A stretch of 64,000 bases of DNA from Halocafeteria seosinensis (GCA_001687465.1 LVLI01000085.1:1-64000), one strand, 5' to 3'. Positions 48,340-62,805 are shown, counted from the stretch's first letter. A program made the numbers and translations. Notes: generated by a model not told the origin, from the letters alone.

Positions 48340-49714
48340 TTAGACAGGAAGTACAGAAAGTGCTTCGCCCCGCTTAGCAGCCGTGAGGTACATTCTAAAG
48401 TAGTTGCCCATGAGAACAAGTTGGGCAATCTGGGAAAGCATCACCATATACCCGGGATATGCTCTGCGGAAAACAATGGCGATTCTAAGCAACAGCTTCA
48501 TGCAGCGGCGATGTTTGAACTTCGTCACTTACGAAAGAAATGTCTGACTTGTAGAATCGTTGAGTTCACTGTATGACAGTAGCCAAAAGGATAGATGGAG
48601 CAACCGCGCTAAACCTAGAGCAAAGATGCTATTTCCCAGCAATTCATCTATGACTCCTCCCTGCACCACATACACTCTTATGCCCTGTCCTCAAAAACAA
48701 CATTGCAAAATAGACAACACACCTTCTTTTGAAACAGGTATAGTTGAGGAATAATTGCGACAGCCTCGAGGTAGAGGGAAAAGGCCCATGCTGTATCCGT
48801 GAAGAAGTTGCTATTGAGGCTCGGGTGGAACAACTGCAACACAAGAGAACGAAGTGAACTCTCGACAAAACCCAATGACACGATTTTGTATATCATCCTA
48901 CCAATGCGAGAACGTATGCGGGGACCACTAGCCAGACGACGCCGAACTTGTTAGGTACGTAGGGAGGAAAGTATCCGAACCTATCCACATTGACATTGTA
49001 TGAATCCGATTTCCATTGGCCCAACGTCGACGCAATGTACATAATCAAGTACACCACTGTTGCAAAAGATATCACCTCTGTGGCCCGATAGAACCAATCC
49101 CCGGATCTGCAATACATCCAATAGCGTTATAGTTATGTGCGCGCCGTCTCGCCAGGACTAGATAGAGAACCTTACCGATCGTATGGAAGATACCCTTCAA
49201 AGATCAAGATCGAACATAGTCTACCTCCAAACACACAAGCATACGCTTGTAGCATCTTCAGGGAAATCCCTGCATCAGCAAATCAAGTTTCGTTATATTC
49301 AGAGCAAAGCACGATAATCCATGAAACTTGCAAGAAAGTTAGCAAGCGTTATAAACAATACCCCAAGCCTCGGATAAGAGTCCTCCTGGTTGAGACCGAG
49401 ACTTAAGAGCCAAGCAGCCGTCCGTGCAAGGAGCTATCAATGTTCGCTTTGGACGTCAAAAGAATGGCGGAGAAGTATCAAGACCCACCTGTCGCTTTCC
49501 GTCGACTTCGTGTGCGTAATGCCAGGACAATGAACGCAAACGTCGTCAAAGCCGAGCCCAGTGTCATCAAGAAGGAAAAATCCTGGTCGCTTTCGAAATG
49601 CCACACGCAGAGCACGGCCAGACCTAAGAGACTGTAGGAAATCACATTAAACTTATGATGCCTCCATAACGAAGCAATATCATGCTTCCGGTTCGTCGGC
49701 ATCTCATCCATCAT
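48340..49714 (-). CDS. ER lumen protein-retaining receptor (ERD2/KDELR)-related protein, long form
   Basis: DQDFSFLMTL, GISLKMLQAY, GYLPYDRSGDWFY, HPSLNSNFFTDTAWAFSLYLEAVAIIPQLYLFQK; multi-exon. Confidence 0.9.
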
Positions 49715-50038
49715 TTTGCTTCGTTTCCCTCTTTTTTTTTGAGCGCACGCGAAAAAAGAAAAAGGATCGGCCCCTTTTCTCCCTCTTTGACGAGTGTGGT
49801 TCACCAACAATAGCACTCGGATACGCCGTGTATCTATAGTATACGAGGTGAATGAAAGACCCCTCGCAAGACGACAATCTTTACTGCGACTTCAGATGGG
49901 GCGGGCGCACCCCGCCTTAAAACGCACCACCAGCCGCACCAGGCACGGTGGACGCCGTGCCATAGCAGAGTGAAGCAGTCTATTTGAGTTGATTTATCAA
50001 GTTTTCATAGGGGATTCGCCTCGTAGAAACACGCAAAC

Positions 50039-51899
50039 ATGCAACAGCAGACACCTGGACCTCCTGCCGCTTCAGGGCTAGCGGGAGGAGGCATAACAAT
50101 CCCTCCCAATGACCCAGGAGCTCAATGGGCACTAAGCTATGCACAGCAATTTGCAAGGCCTTATGCGCATTTACCTCCTGAGCAATACAATTATTACCTC
50201 AAGTATTATTTTGACTATTATTACAGTTACTACCAACGGTATCAGCAACAAATTGTGGCGGCACAGCAGCACCAGCAAGCATCAGGAACCGGGGCACCTC
50301 ATTCACAACCTCAATTTCAGCCTCCAAGAGCCAATGCAGGGGCAATGCCACCTCCTCAGGCGGGTCAGGTACCTCCCAATCGTGTTGCGTCACCGGCTCC
50401 CGCAGCAGGAAGACCGCCACCGCAACGGGGGACACAAACGGCCGCTGCCTCGTCATCAGGAGCTTCGGAATTACTACAAGCGCAACGAGCAGCGGGTCAT
50501 GCCAATTACGAAAAGAATGTGCGACAACCGGGGGATACTCGAGAGCGGTACCTACGCCCAGGGCCACCTCAACGAAGTGGCACCGTTTCGAGCATCAGCC
50601 ATCGACAGAAAGGGAACATCCAACCTCCTTCCGATACTGGTACTAGTACCGATAGCCGACAGAATGTCCCAAAACAAAGCGAGCAAGCCCAAGCAAGTAA
50701 CGGTACACACGACTTCAGGAAACGAGCTCTCGACGCAGCTTCTGGAGTATCTGAGAAACTGAAGGCACGAAAGATTCAGAAAGAGCAAAACAACGGTAAG
50801 GCGTCCGATGTGCACCAGCCCGCGGAGCAAAGTGAGTACTAGTAGTAGGAAGGGAGTAGACGCAACAATTTCTCCTCACAGTTCCGTTGGTATTACTTTC
50901 CTTCCTGCAGCATCGTCAAACTTGCAACAACGTGCAAAGAGGTTCAAGAAAGAACACCAAATGATCAAAGAGCAGCGCTCGGATCCACTACCCAGTAGTA
51001 TTGGAGAACAAGCCAAACAAGGTGGAGTACTTTTCGGTGGTGGCTGCAATAACGAATTAGGAGATTTAGATTGGGACTCTCTAACAATTCAAGGCACAAG
51101 CAACAAGTTGGAGAAGCGATATCTGCGTTTGACTGCTCCCCCTGATCCGGCAGATGTTCGTCCTGAACCAGTACTAAAGAAGGCACTCAAGTGGGTGATG
51201 AAACAAGTCGAGGAAGGTGCTTCTTACGTTTTCTTGAATGATCAATTAAAGAGTATTCGCCAAGACCTTGTGGTCCAAAGAATACGAAATGCATTTACCG
51301 TCAATGCGTACGAAACGCACGCACGCGTTGCGCTAGAAAACGGTGACATTAACGAGTTCAATCAGTGTCAGACGCAACTTATTACATTGTATGACGAAGT
51401 GTCTGCCGGACACCCGCGGGAGTTTCTGGCATATAGAATATTATATTGCTGTTACTCCAGGAACAATACGAATCTGTTGGACATCATGAAGCAGTTAACG
51501 GAGGACCAACGCAAAGACAGCCTCATTTTACACGCTCTTGAAGTGTGCCATGCGGTCACGCAAAACAATTATCATCGCTTCTTTCGTCTGTTCTCTGAGG
51601 CTGAACGGATGTCGCCGTATCTGATGGACCACATAGCTTGGAGGATGCAGTTGCGAGGGTTCATGGCTATGTCTCGAGCGTATCGGGACAAGCCTGGTCT
51701 ATCTCTACAGTTTACTGCATCCGAGCTGGGCTTCACCAGCCCTGAGGAGTGCAAGCGTCACCTTGAACACGCTGGAGGTATGACCTTGCCCGCCTCCGAA
51801 GGATCAGAAGAGAAGTGGGTTTTTGATACGAAAAGCTCCTCTAGCAATCTCAAGTTCGTCAAGTCGCTTGCGTTCCTTGAAGCCAACCCGGTTGTATGA
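50039..51899 (+). CDS. SAC3/GANP/THP3 (LENG8-like) PCI-domain protein
   Basis: GTSNKLEKRYLRLTAPPDPADVRPEPVL, DQLKSIRQDLVVQRIRN, YETHARVALENGDINEFNQCQTQL; Y/Q/P-rich N-terminus; intron 50833-50910. Confidence 0.93.
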
Positions 51900-52137
51900 A
51901 CAGATAATAAGCTGCTTCTTGCGGGGTTGTGTTCATAACAATGTCCCTAGCGGGAAAATTTGGTAAGTACGTAGTGTTGGCATGCTGTTCTCATTTATGT
52001 TCTACAGCGTACCACTGTCAGGGCGTTTGTCCCTGCCTGGTTGGGAGCAGTTCATTTCTTATCTTCACGGCCGCGAGTACGGACCTTTGTCGCCTCTTCT
52101 GTTCCGATATACCTGCATTGGGGCAAATTACTCTCAA

Positions 52138-53469
52138 TTACAAATACCATAGAGCAAAGGCTCCAGAGGGACCAGAAGCGTCTTCGAAGGAACCGACATC
52201 AGCCGCTGTCGCCCGGGGCCTTTGCTGATCCTTACTTTTCTCCAGTTGGTATCTACATAGCGGGCATGTCGAGTGAGTTTTCAGCCAATATAGTAAACCA
52301 TCTTCAGAAAACCAGTGTCCACATGGCATTTCTACTGCTATTTCTTCGTTCTCAAACTTTTCCCTCGTTATGGGGCATCGACTTGACGCGGAACGAGCAA
52401 AAATAGCACCTCTAATCGGCCTTGTGTGATCAGCTCGTATCCGGTCCAACACTGCTTCACCATTCTCCTTCCTCAACATGAGGACAGGAATGTTTACCCC
52501 CCTTCCGTTAGTGCTCTTATCTGTCATAGTGTATGGCCATACATCAAACGTCTGCTGCACAATGAGAGCTCGTGCACCCTGTTTTTGCACAGCCCTCGCT
52601 TTATCAGCAAAGCTGATGTCACCCCGGGAAGCGAAAGCAATTGCGCCTTCAAGAGAAGAATCTCCATGTAGCTCTTTGCCTGTGAGAGGATTGCACGGCA
52701 CAATCCGTCCATTCAACACGCACTGGGAATCTCTAAACTTTTTAATCGCGGACGGTGACGGATCTGTTGCTCCGGCTGATGTTGCTTCATCTTCTCTGTG
52801 TGTACCCGTGTTGTTTTCTTGCACACTGCACGAGGATAAACTAGCAACCGGTTCGTTCTCTCCAACCTCTGCTATCGATGGCCCAAAATTAGCAGGAATC
52901 AGTACCATTTCGCCTTCCAGAGAATCAACTTTGAGCGACACTTGCAGAGGGATGTCATCAGCATTCTTCACGTGATGTCGTCGAAGTGAATCCACGGCCC
53001 GCTGAGACGCTCCTTGGGAAGATTGTTCAGCCTCCTCCTGCTGCTGCTGTTGGGCCATCATGAATCGCATCATACCCTCCATAAATTGCTGTTCAGCCGC
53101 GGCGTATTCATGCTCATTCTGATTCTGGTCGGAAGACTCCTGATTCCTGGACGCCGACCCCAGTTGAAGGCCATTCCGTACACCCTCTACCCGGCGTGTA
53201 GGCTGCAATCCGTGTGGGATTTGCTGTGCATTTGGCTCCTCGAGATCACGCTCAAGGTCATCTTCGTGCAAAATTAAGTTCCGGCTGACGTATTCTCCTA
53301 GTGATCGTGCCTGATTCTCTGACATATTCGGCGGCAACGACGTTCCACAGGAGGGGCACAGAGTGTCTCTCCGAGGCCGTATAAACACGCATTGCAAGCA
53401 TCCGAAGCAAAATACCTCCCGCAGAGGGCCGTCGTCGGGGAGAGCTCCGAATCCGTAGTCGTCCTCCAT
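52138..53469 (-). CDS. E3 ligase-like protein: N-terminal Zn-ribbon, PA domain and degenerate RING-H2
   Basis: FCFGC...CPSCG; RGDISFADKARAVQKQGARALIV (PA); CPITREKF...MPCGHWF...WLKTHSTCPLCR. Confidence 0.85.
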   Translation of the reverse strand: MEDDYGFGALPDDGPLREVFCFGCLQCVFIRPRRDTLCPSCGTSLPPNMSENQARSLGEYVSRNLILHEDDLERDLEEPNAQQIPHGLQPTRRVEGVRNGLQLGSASRNQESSDQNQNEHEYAAAEQQFMEGMMRFMMAQQQQQEEAEQSSQGASQRAVDSLRRHHVKNADDIPLQVSLKVDSLEGEMVLIPANFGPSIAEVGENEPVASLSSCSVQENNTGTHREDEATSAGATDPSPSAIKKFRDSQCVLNGRIVPCNPLTGKELHGDSSLEGAIAFASRGDISFADKARAVQKQGARALIVQQTFDVWPYTMTDKSTNGRGVNIPVLMLRKENGEAVLDRIRADHTRPIRGAIFARSASSRCPITREKFENEEIAVEMPCGHWFSEDGLLYWLKTHSTCPLCRYQLEKSKDQQRPRATAADVGSFEDASGPSGAFALWYL

Positions 53470-54289
53470 TTCTTACTTCTTTCCTTGAGCGAGCTAGTTC
53501 CAGTTCAGCAAGTGTACAATGTACAGTTTATTTTCCGAGTTCGCCTTCAAATAAACAAGACAGCCTAATCGAAAGATTGTTTTCGAGCGGAAATGCACAC
53601 GAGGAAAAAAAAATAAAAAATAGTCAATTGCTGAGGTTCCTCATGGCTCAGAGGAGCCTGATGAGTTTGAGCTTCTTACCGATCCCCCGATCGTATGATT
53701 GAGGAGCAATGCAATCTATCAGGCTCAGAACTTGAGTGCTTTACACAGGATGAAGTTGAAGGAGACATTGCAGATGACTTCGTCCCGGTCGTCCCCGTAA
53801 GACAGGCGGCGGGGTTGACCCAATTGAACGAAATAGTCTGCGTCAATAGCCTCTCATTCCACTGACTACTACGTTTCGGCGGTGGTAACTACTGTACAGT
53901 GGCAAACGGTTAACATTGTATTGTACTAACTTAACAATGGCGACAACGGCGGGGGGGCGCGCAGCGGTACATATGTATCAACAGGATGGATTCTTGTTTT
54001 TCATAGGTAGTCTTCGTGTTGGAACTACTGTATGCAATATTCAAGTACTATCCTTAATTACAGTTTTATGTCCACTACCACCCGGGGTAGTTGTTGCTGG
54101 TTGCTTCAAATACACGTTGTCAAGTGTTCCACTTCCCTTGCTTGCGACGTCACTTCACAGTCTCTGAAGCCACTGTACGGTCTAGATAAGATAGTATACC
54201 TGTATTAGACAAAGCATTCGATCCGAGATTGAGTGTCATTCCATCCAATTTGAATCTTGTCTGGTTGACTCTTTTCCACATCACCAACA

Positions 54290-56667
<2,378 letters not shown>

Positions 56668-56748
56668 TTTTCAAAATTGTGTTGTAAAAATGATAAGCAA
56701 TCGATAAATATACAACTGTACTAGGGTTGTATGTGTATTAGTTAGGAC

Positions 56749-58062
56749 ATGAGAACGCCCTTAATAAGAGCCTTAAAGAGGTCATATGGGCTCTGGAATC
56801 GACAGTATTCCAGTGTCCAGCTTGTAGGCCAAGTCAGTCTCTATCAGATACGGCTATTAGACCGTCAGGAGCAGGAGGATATACTGTATAATGATGCTAG
56901 CCAGAGACAGCAGCAGCAAAATGAGCCGTATCTAAGACTGGAAGGGAGAAAGAGGAATTCTGATGCCCTCAATATGGCCCCATTTCCCCTCCGAATTATT
57001 CATTCAGAGGCCGATTTACGGCAGCATCTACCTAATCACGGACAGTCCATACAGTGTATGGTTCCTAAGCAGATGGCTGAAGCTATGGTGTCCTCATTGG
57101 GCCGGAATTCAATGAAAATAGAGGGTGAAAACGAAGAATTCTTGCTTCCGACAGCATCAGACACTAATCAGGAACAAGATGATAGTTTTCCCTCAGCCCT
57201 TTCCAGTCTACCTCGTGATGATGCTCTCTCTCAAACGTACTCATCGAGGCAGCTGGATGATGCGTCCACGAGCTTGAAGGAGGCCATGGAATCCTGGCAT
57301 AGGCGAACGAGGAATTCTAGTGGCTCCGTGGAAAGCCCAGAATTCCTTCCAGGACAAGGCTCATTACATTCAGAGTTAGCGTCCGTGGCTTCAGCTTCAA
57401 GGCGGAGCAGCGGAAACGGTCCTAAAGTGGAGAGCAGGAGAGCATCGGAAACACTGACGGTTGCAGAGCACCAGCTCTTCGCGGCAGCGGAATTGGGAGA
57501 TTTGGAGGAATTGAAGCAATGTCTACTGAGCGCGCCTCCTACTACTGTTCACCCATACCATGGAGCTACTCCTCTGCATGTGTTTGTCGCTGGTTTGCTA
57601 AGTGGCAATGATGAGGATAACATAGCGCGGAACGGGATTCAGATACTGAAGGCATTTGGAGGAAATATAAATGCCCGTGCTGGAAATGGAAGCACACCTC
57701 TACACTGGGCTGCGGGCGCCGGAAATGCCGCTGCAGTGCGTGCTCTTTTAGAAGCTGGTGCAACACCATATGCAACGACGTATACCTGGAGACGACAAGT
57801 TTTCGGGAAAGGAAGTGGGCAAACACCACTTCATTGGGCTTGTGAAAGCAATAACCTAGAAGTAGTAGAAATATTAGCGGAACATTCGATGGAGACGGCC
57901 GTATCTCCGGATGAACGAGGGCAACATCCGCTAGCAATAGCAACCAAGCATGGCCACAGAGATATCCAGCATCACCTTGAGCGGCAAGCAGAAACAGAAT
58001 ACGTGTGTGTAGAGATATCGGGCTACCAAAGCGGGATCCAGACTCTTAATAGGCCTTCTTAA
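56749..58062 (+). CDS. Ankyrin-repeat protein with organelle-targeting-like N-terminus
   Basis: GATPLH, GSTPLHWAAGAG, GQTPLHWAC, GQHPLAIA repeats; Arg-rich, acid-free N-terminus. Confidence 0.85.
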   Translation: MRTPLIRALKRSYGLWNRQYSSVQLVGQVSLYQIRLLDRQEQEDILYNDASQRQQQQNEPYLRLEGRKRNSDALNMAPFPLRIIHSEADLRQHLPNHGQSIQCMVPKQMAEAMVSSLGRNSMKIEGENEEFLLPTASDTNQEQDDSFPSALSSLPRDDALSQTYSSRQLDDASTSLKEAMESWHRRTRNSSGSVESPEFLPGQGSLHSELASVASASRRSSGNGPKVESRRASETLTVAEHQLFAAAELGDLEELKQCLLSAPPTTVHPYHGATPLHVFVAGLLSGNDEDNIARNGIQILKAFGGNINARAGNGSTPLHWAAGAGNAAAVRALLEAGATPYATTYTWRRQVFGKGSGQTPLHWACESNNLEVVEILAEHSMETAVSPDERGQHPLAIATKHGHRDIQHHLERQAETEYVCVEISGYQSGIQTLNRPS

Positions 58063-58112
58063 TGAATATGCAAACAAATAGGGGGAGGCCGAACAGAGGA
58101 ACGTAGATTAGT

Positions 58113-58645
58113 TTAAAGAGGGCGGTATCCGCGACAGATTCCAGAACTACCATTGGATTCGTGTCTCCAAGAGTGACCAAGGGCCCGACATTTTTTGGAT
58201 GTTGCGAGCAAACCTACTGGATGATTACTTATCACCTCAGATTGCTTCCGCACAAGGATGTCATCCGTATCGGATACATTGTTTTCCCCGCCACTTTCAG
58301 CAATGTAGCATGGACATGTGACTATCCCACATCGAAGCACAATGCAAAGTATAGCGAAAATCGTACCAGAAAGTCGATTCTGCCTCTCTGGAAGAAAGAT
58401 CATTCTTTCGCAGCTCGAAAGAGATCAGTCAATTTCGGACAGTACGATGTTTGTCTATCTCAGACTTCGATCTCTTCAATACTCAGAGGATGAAAGAACT
58501 TCTGCTAGAATACTCCACTGTCGATACCATGAATGCAAACGCTCTAAAAGAGTTTTTACGACATCGAGGGAAGAGTACGAAAAGAGTCAAAGCAACGCTA
58601 AAAAAACGAGTGAAGGCATGTGTAGCCCTCGACAATGACTTGTAA
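58113..58645 (+). pseudogene. Decayed coding remnant ending in a SAP-like motif
   Basis: MNANALKEFLRHRGKSTKRVKATLKKRV fits SAP spacing; the upstream frame is broken by stops. Confidence 0.35.
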
Positions 58646-59179
58646 TGTATTCTCGGAAGCGCAATAGAGGTAGAATTCGTACGCGATTAAATTTCTCCAG
58701 GACAAAGACAAATCGTTTGGTTTGCACTCAGAGTCAGTTTGCTTCGCGGTATATATGACACAGACCCGCTGATTCATGCATGTAGACTACCGGCAGTTTG
58801 TTTGTACTCTAAATATCACATCATACGTGATGATTACGGAGATACCAATCATGACCTGTGCATACGCATGGTTGCGAATCGTTCGTTGGTGAAGAACAAA
58901 CGATGGGGGCTGCATGTCCGACCTGAGGCAACCCGCAACCATCCGTATTTACTTGCTGTTCATTCGACTACCCAAGCTCAGCCCACGTGGCGGGAGGTGT
59001 TCCTTATGCGTGAATAGCGGGTTCCGCTTCTTCAATACACGCGGTGTAGGGTCGCCGTTCCTCGGGAGTTTCGGAACTCCTGGCAAAGTGTTTGTATCCG
59101 TTTCACGTCGGCCAAAGGGCTCCATATGATATGCACGCGGAATCCAAATACCCCCGGTACAAGGTCCCGTAACGCTGCG

Positions 59180-59776
59180 TCAGTCTCGTTTCTTGCGTTC
59201 CTCCTCTTCAATCTGCTTCCGTTTCACTTTGACCACCAGAATGGCCGCTTCGTACAGCGAGTATATCTGCACAGTCATGCTCAATAACTCGATCAAACAC
59301 GCCCAAGCCATCATCGTCATAGAACATACCACTTGTATGAGAGAGAGAAACACCAGAGGAAGTCCATAGAATAACGAGGCAAAGACCCCTGATGTATCAA
59401 AGTAGTTTTGGTTGGCGAATCGTGTCCAATGCTCCCTTGCTAGGTCATTCATGGGTTGCAAGAGGAGCACAGTGATCAGCTGGAAGCATAACAATAACGT
59501 GGTCCCCATTCGGAACTGCCATCGCAGACAGAGGAAGGCCAATAAGTACCAGAGCGCCAGCAAGCTGTACGAGGCTATAATGAAAGGTTCTGTCCATTGA
59601 ATGGCGTGTATGAAGCCCATGAAGGCGTCATAGAATTTGGCCCACTGCAGAGGGAGATCGAAAGCTTCATGAAGCGTCTTGGAGGAGGTCGTCCCGGAGG
59701 CATTAAACAGCGCCTGTGTGAGATTACGATGGCCCTCAATGAGGAGGTCCATGTACTCTTGCATGACCTTATTCAT
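59180..59776 (-). CDS. TMEM18: TMEM18-family membrane protein
   Basis: FIHAIQWTEPFI, LAREHWTRFANQNYFDTSGVFAS, basic C-terminal tail; probable in-frame intron 59267-59329. Confidence 0.85.
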   Translation of the reverse strand: MNKVMQEYMDLLIEGHRNLTQALFNASGTTSSKTLHEAFDLPLQWAKFYDAFMGFIHAIQWTEPFIIASYSLLALWYLLAFLCLRWQFRMGTTLLLCFQLITVLLLQPMNDLAREHWTRFANQNYFDTSGVFASLFYGLPLVFLSLIQVVCSMTMMAWACLIELLSMTVQIYSLYEAAILVVKVKRKQIEEEERKKRD

Positions 59777-59867
59777 GGTATACCTTTTTGGATTGTTAGC
59801 GCAATTTCAACTTGGAATTCTTACAAATACCCCTCCGTACATTCAAATACGAATGACCTTACCCTAT

Positions 59868-60562
59868 ATGAGAGGAGTCTTCCTCCTCCGACGAGGGACG
59901 CAGCAAGTACGATGCTTTGGAAAACTCTCACACGTGAACGAGGCGGACCCACGCCACCCACAGATGGTCGACGTATCAGAGAAACAAGCCACGACGCGCT
60001 CTGCCACAGCTCGTGGTCTCGTTCGGCTCCCAGAGGAAGTCGTTAAGGAATTACGCCAATATCATAGTCACAAACAGGGGAATGATACGGATTGGCTGCT
60101 TTCGTCCAAGGTACGTACGTCCGGGATCCTCCAGAGCTCTGGAAGCCAAATTCTATCCGTCTGTCTGTATCAGGGCCCGGTTATCTCGACAGCTATTGTA
60201 GCTGGGGTCCAAGGAGCTAAGCAGACGCCTAGTTTGATTCCTTTCTGTCATTCGGTGAATATGACCAACTGCTCTGTTGACGTAGGTACCTGTCAGGACC
60301 TCCTACACGCCAAATGAGCGCGATAACTACATACTTGTGCTACCTGCAGATTCGATTCCTGGAACAGAGCTCCGATTTGGAAGTCCTATGTACTGCCCTT
60401 GCAAAGGACTATACGGGAGTGGAAATGGAAGCGCTAACGGGAGTGTCTATTGCTTCTCTAACGATCTACGATATGTTGAAGTCTCTGTCCAAAGCCATTT
60501 GTATTCATTCTATCGAACTTACAGAGAAGCATGGGGGAAAGTCGGGCACTTACGTGAAGTGA
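59868..60562 (+). CDS. moaC: Cyclic pyranopterin monophosphate synthase (MoaC/CNX3) with mitochondrial presequence
   Basis: [74 protein letters not shown]; introns 60111-60173 and 60282-60349. Confidence 0.95.
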
Positions 60563-60713
60563 TTACTGGGGTATGATGGCACAATATTCCGGTACTAACT
60601 AAATGTTACTTCTTGACTAAGATATGACAGTTCAATGGCACCCTTGATTCGTATTTCGAACTAAGATGTTCATGTTTGATCCGCCGAGGTTATTCGAACG
60701 ATACAGTCATGAG

Positions 60714-62143
60714 TCAATCACTTTCAGAAGCCTGGCTTGAGTCATTATGTTCATCATATTCTTCGGCGGTTGACTGCTGATATTCGAAGATTTCGTTATC
60801 GCCAAATATCCTCTTAGGATACCACTTTGAGCGACAACTAGGATCAGGAGTGGGATGCTGCAATGTCCTTCCGGTATTTGAACATTGTTTAGAAATCTGT
60901 CTGACCATGGAAACTAACTCCTGAACACTGGGCTCGCGACCTTCGACATTGTTCAGGTACCTGCTTAGAATGGAAATCTCCGCCGTACAGTCGTAGCAGT
61001 GGTCAAGTCCATGCTGCTGAGCCTTCTTTGCTTGCACCGGATGTTCGTAGGAACTGAGCCTTGTTACCGTGTTGAAGTAAAACATCTGTTCCATGTACTT
61101 CTCGTGGTCCCACGCTTGTTGATCAAATGGCGGTCCTTTGACAACTAGTCGTCCCTCAGTCGTTGTAGGTGGTCCCCACACCGGAAGTTTCATTTCTCCT
61201 TGGAGATAATCAGTCGTACCCGGACTCCATGGTAACCGAAATTTCAACATTGATGCATCCGGCTGAAGCAGTGTCGTCCAATACTGTTGCTGACTCATAT
61301 CATGTTGAATGGCTGTTTCGGTCTCCTCTTCGGACAGAACTCGACAGTCAGCTGTTCGAACATCACAAATAAATAACAAATCTTCATTTCGCTGGCGCTT
61401 AGCATAATATTCTGCATGCTTTTTCGTGAAGAATTCCTGCCTTATTTGAACGTTTACGCCACATCGGCGCTTAATGGATGAACTCTCATTATCCTCCTCT
61501 GCAGCAGATAGGCCCGACTCCTGAATGGAGAACTCCAAAGGATCTATGAGGATAAAGTAGAATTGGGGGAACAAACTGGCTAGGTATGCTATGTGTGTCC
61601 CGGGTGCAGCCCCAGCATACAGCACCGTGGCCTTCTTTGAGCCAGCAGCACTGCTGCAGTACCACTCAGTTAAGAACTCCAGTTCAGCAAGGAAAAGTTT
61701 CCTCTGTCCCCAATGAATGACTGTTTTCATCAAGTCTTTCCTTGGTCTGTGTGTATCGTCGAGATAAATCCTTATAATTTTGGCATTTCTTGAGTAGAAA
61801 GGCTACGTAAAGTGACAACTAACCTGTAGACTTCCCGAGGTGATGCCTCCTCTTCTCCTCCATGGTGAATCAGTGTCCTCGGGAGCGCCTTCGGCACTAT
61901 ACAACAAGTGTTCTCTTCTCGAGGGTAAATCGGAAGTTTCCGCGGCTGGCATGGCTGATCAGCGTACAGCTGGTACAAATGAGGATTATATCTCAGCTTC
62001 CGGTAGCGTTGTGAGCGTGCCGACGAGCTTCCACGTTTGCTAACAAGCTTCTGCCCACCGCTAGTAGACCCTCCGTCTCGTGAATGTGACTGTAAAAGTG
62101 CAGGGTTCTCATCCGACTCTCTAGACCTCTTTTTTCTTCCCAT
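60714..62143 (-). CDS. Poxvirus VP39-type cap-specific mRNA (nucleoside-2'-O)-methyltransferase
   Basis: HWGQRKLFLAELEFL, VLYAGAAPGTHI, LFICDVRT, SMLKFRLPW, PVWGPPTTTEGRL (K-D-K-E tetrad); intron 61747-61823 joins ORF 61772-62143 to 60714-61733. Confidence 0.9.
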
Positions 62144-62805
62144 GCCAACGTCATAGAGCAGCAGTGAACCAACTCTTTTCGGCCACTAGTTGAAGGCCTC
62201 CTGCTCCAGGGGAAACCCATCCACAGCTTGTCCCAGCTCCTGCGCATGGAAATCAGAAAAACCATACCCTTACATTATAGAAAAAATGTATATGAAACTA
62301 CTTACCTGGTAATATACTCTTCCGGAAAGTGCAGGAGAATGGACTAGCCTTCTGTCCAGCAGCAAACCCTCGGCGCGACAAAAGGGAAACCATGTATACA
62401 AGGATATATTCCACTACGACCTAAATCTCACCTAGCTTTTTGTTAAGTTTGCGCTTGTATGTATGCATGAGCAGGCTAGACAAACTCATGAAGTAACTCA
62501 TTGAAGTTGCTGAAACAAATGATTGCATGGTCGAGAAGGCAGGCTCCCACAGAGCACTGCTGCATTTCTCGGATTCTCGTTTATAAGGAATGTTTCAAAG
62601 GGAAATATTCAGGGACAGCCGTATATAGGGGCAATTGTGTTTTCCTTTTGGACAGGGTCAGCGCTCCAGAGATAAAGAATCCACCCTTGTATCGATTTGG
62701 ATTCATAATTTGCGCACACAGCGCACCAAATACGAGAGGCAGACACAATACAATACGCGCAAAGAAGTGATAGCGTTTGAATCTATGTGTTAAAAGAATA
62801 GAAAA

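Noticed and set aside
53620..53900. ncRNA or TE in the RING/MYST intergenic region
   Set aside because: No convincing box C/D pairing, tRNA fold, terminal repeats or second copy.
62298..62460. U1 snRNA candidate (TACTTACCTGG)
   Set aside because: No GATCA or TTGCAC loops follow. Better explained as a minus-strand donor CAG|GTAAGT of a 66-nt intron (62240-62305) upstream of the VP39-like gene.
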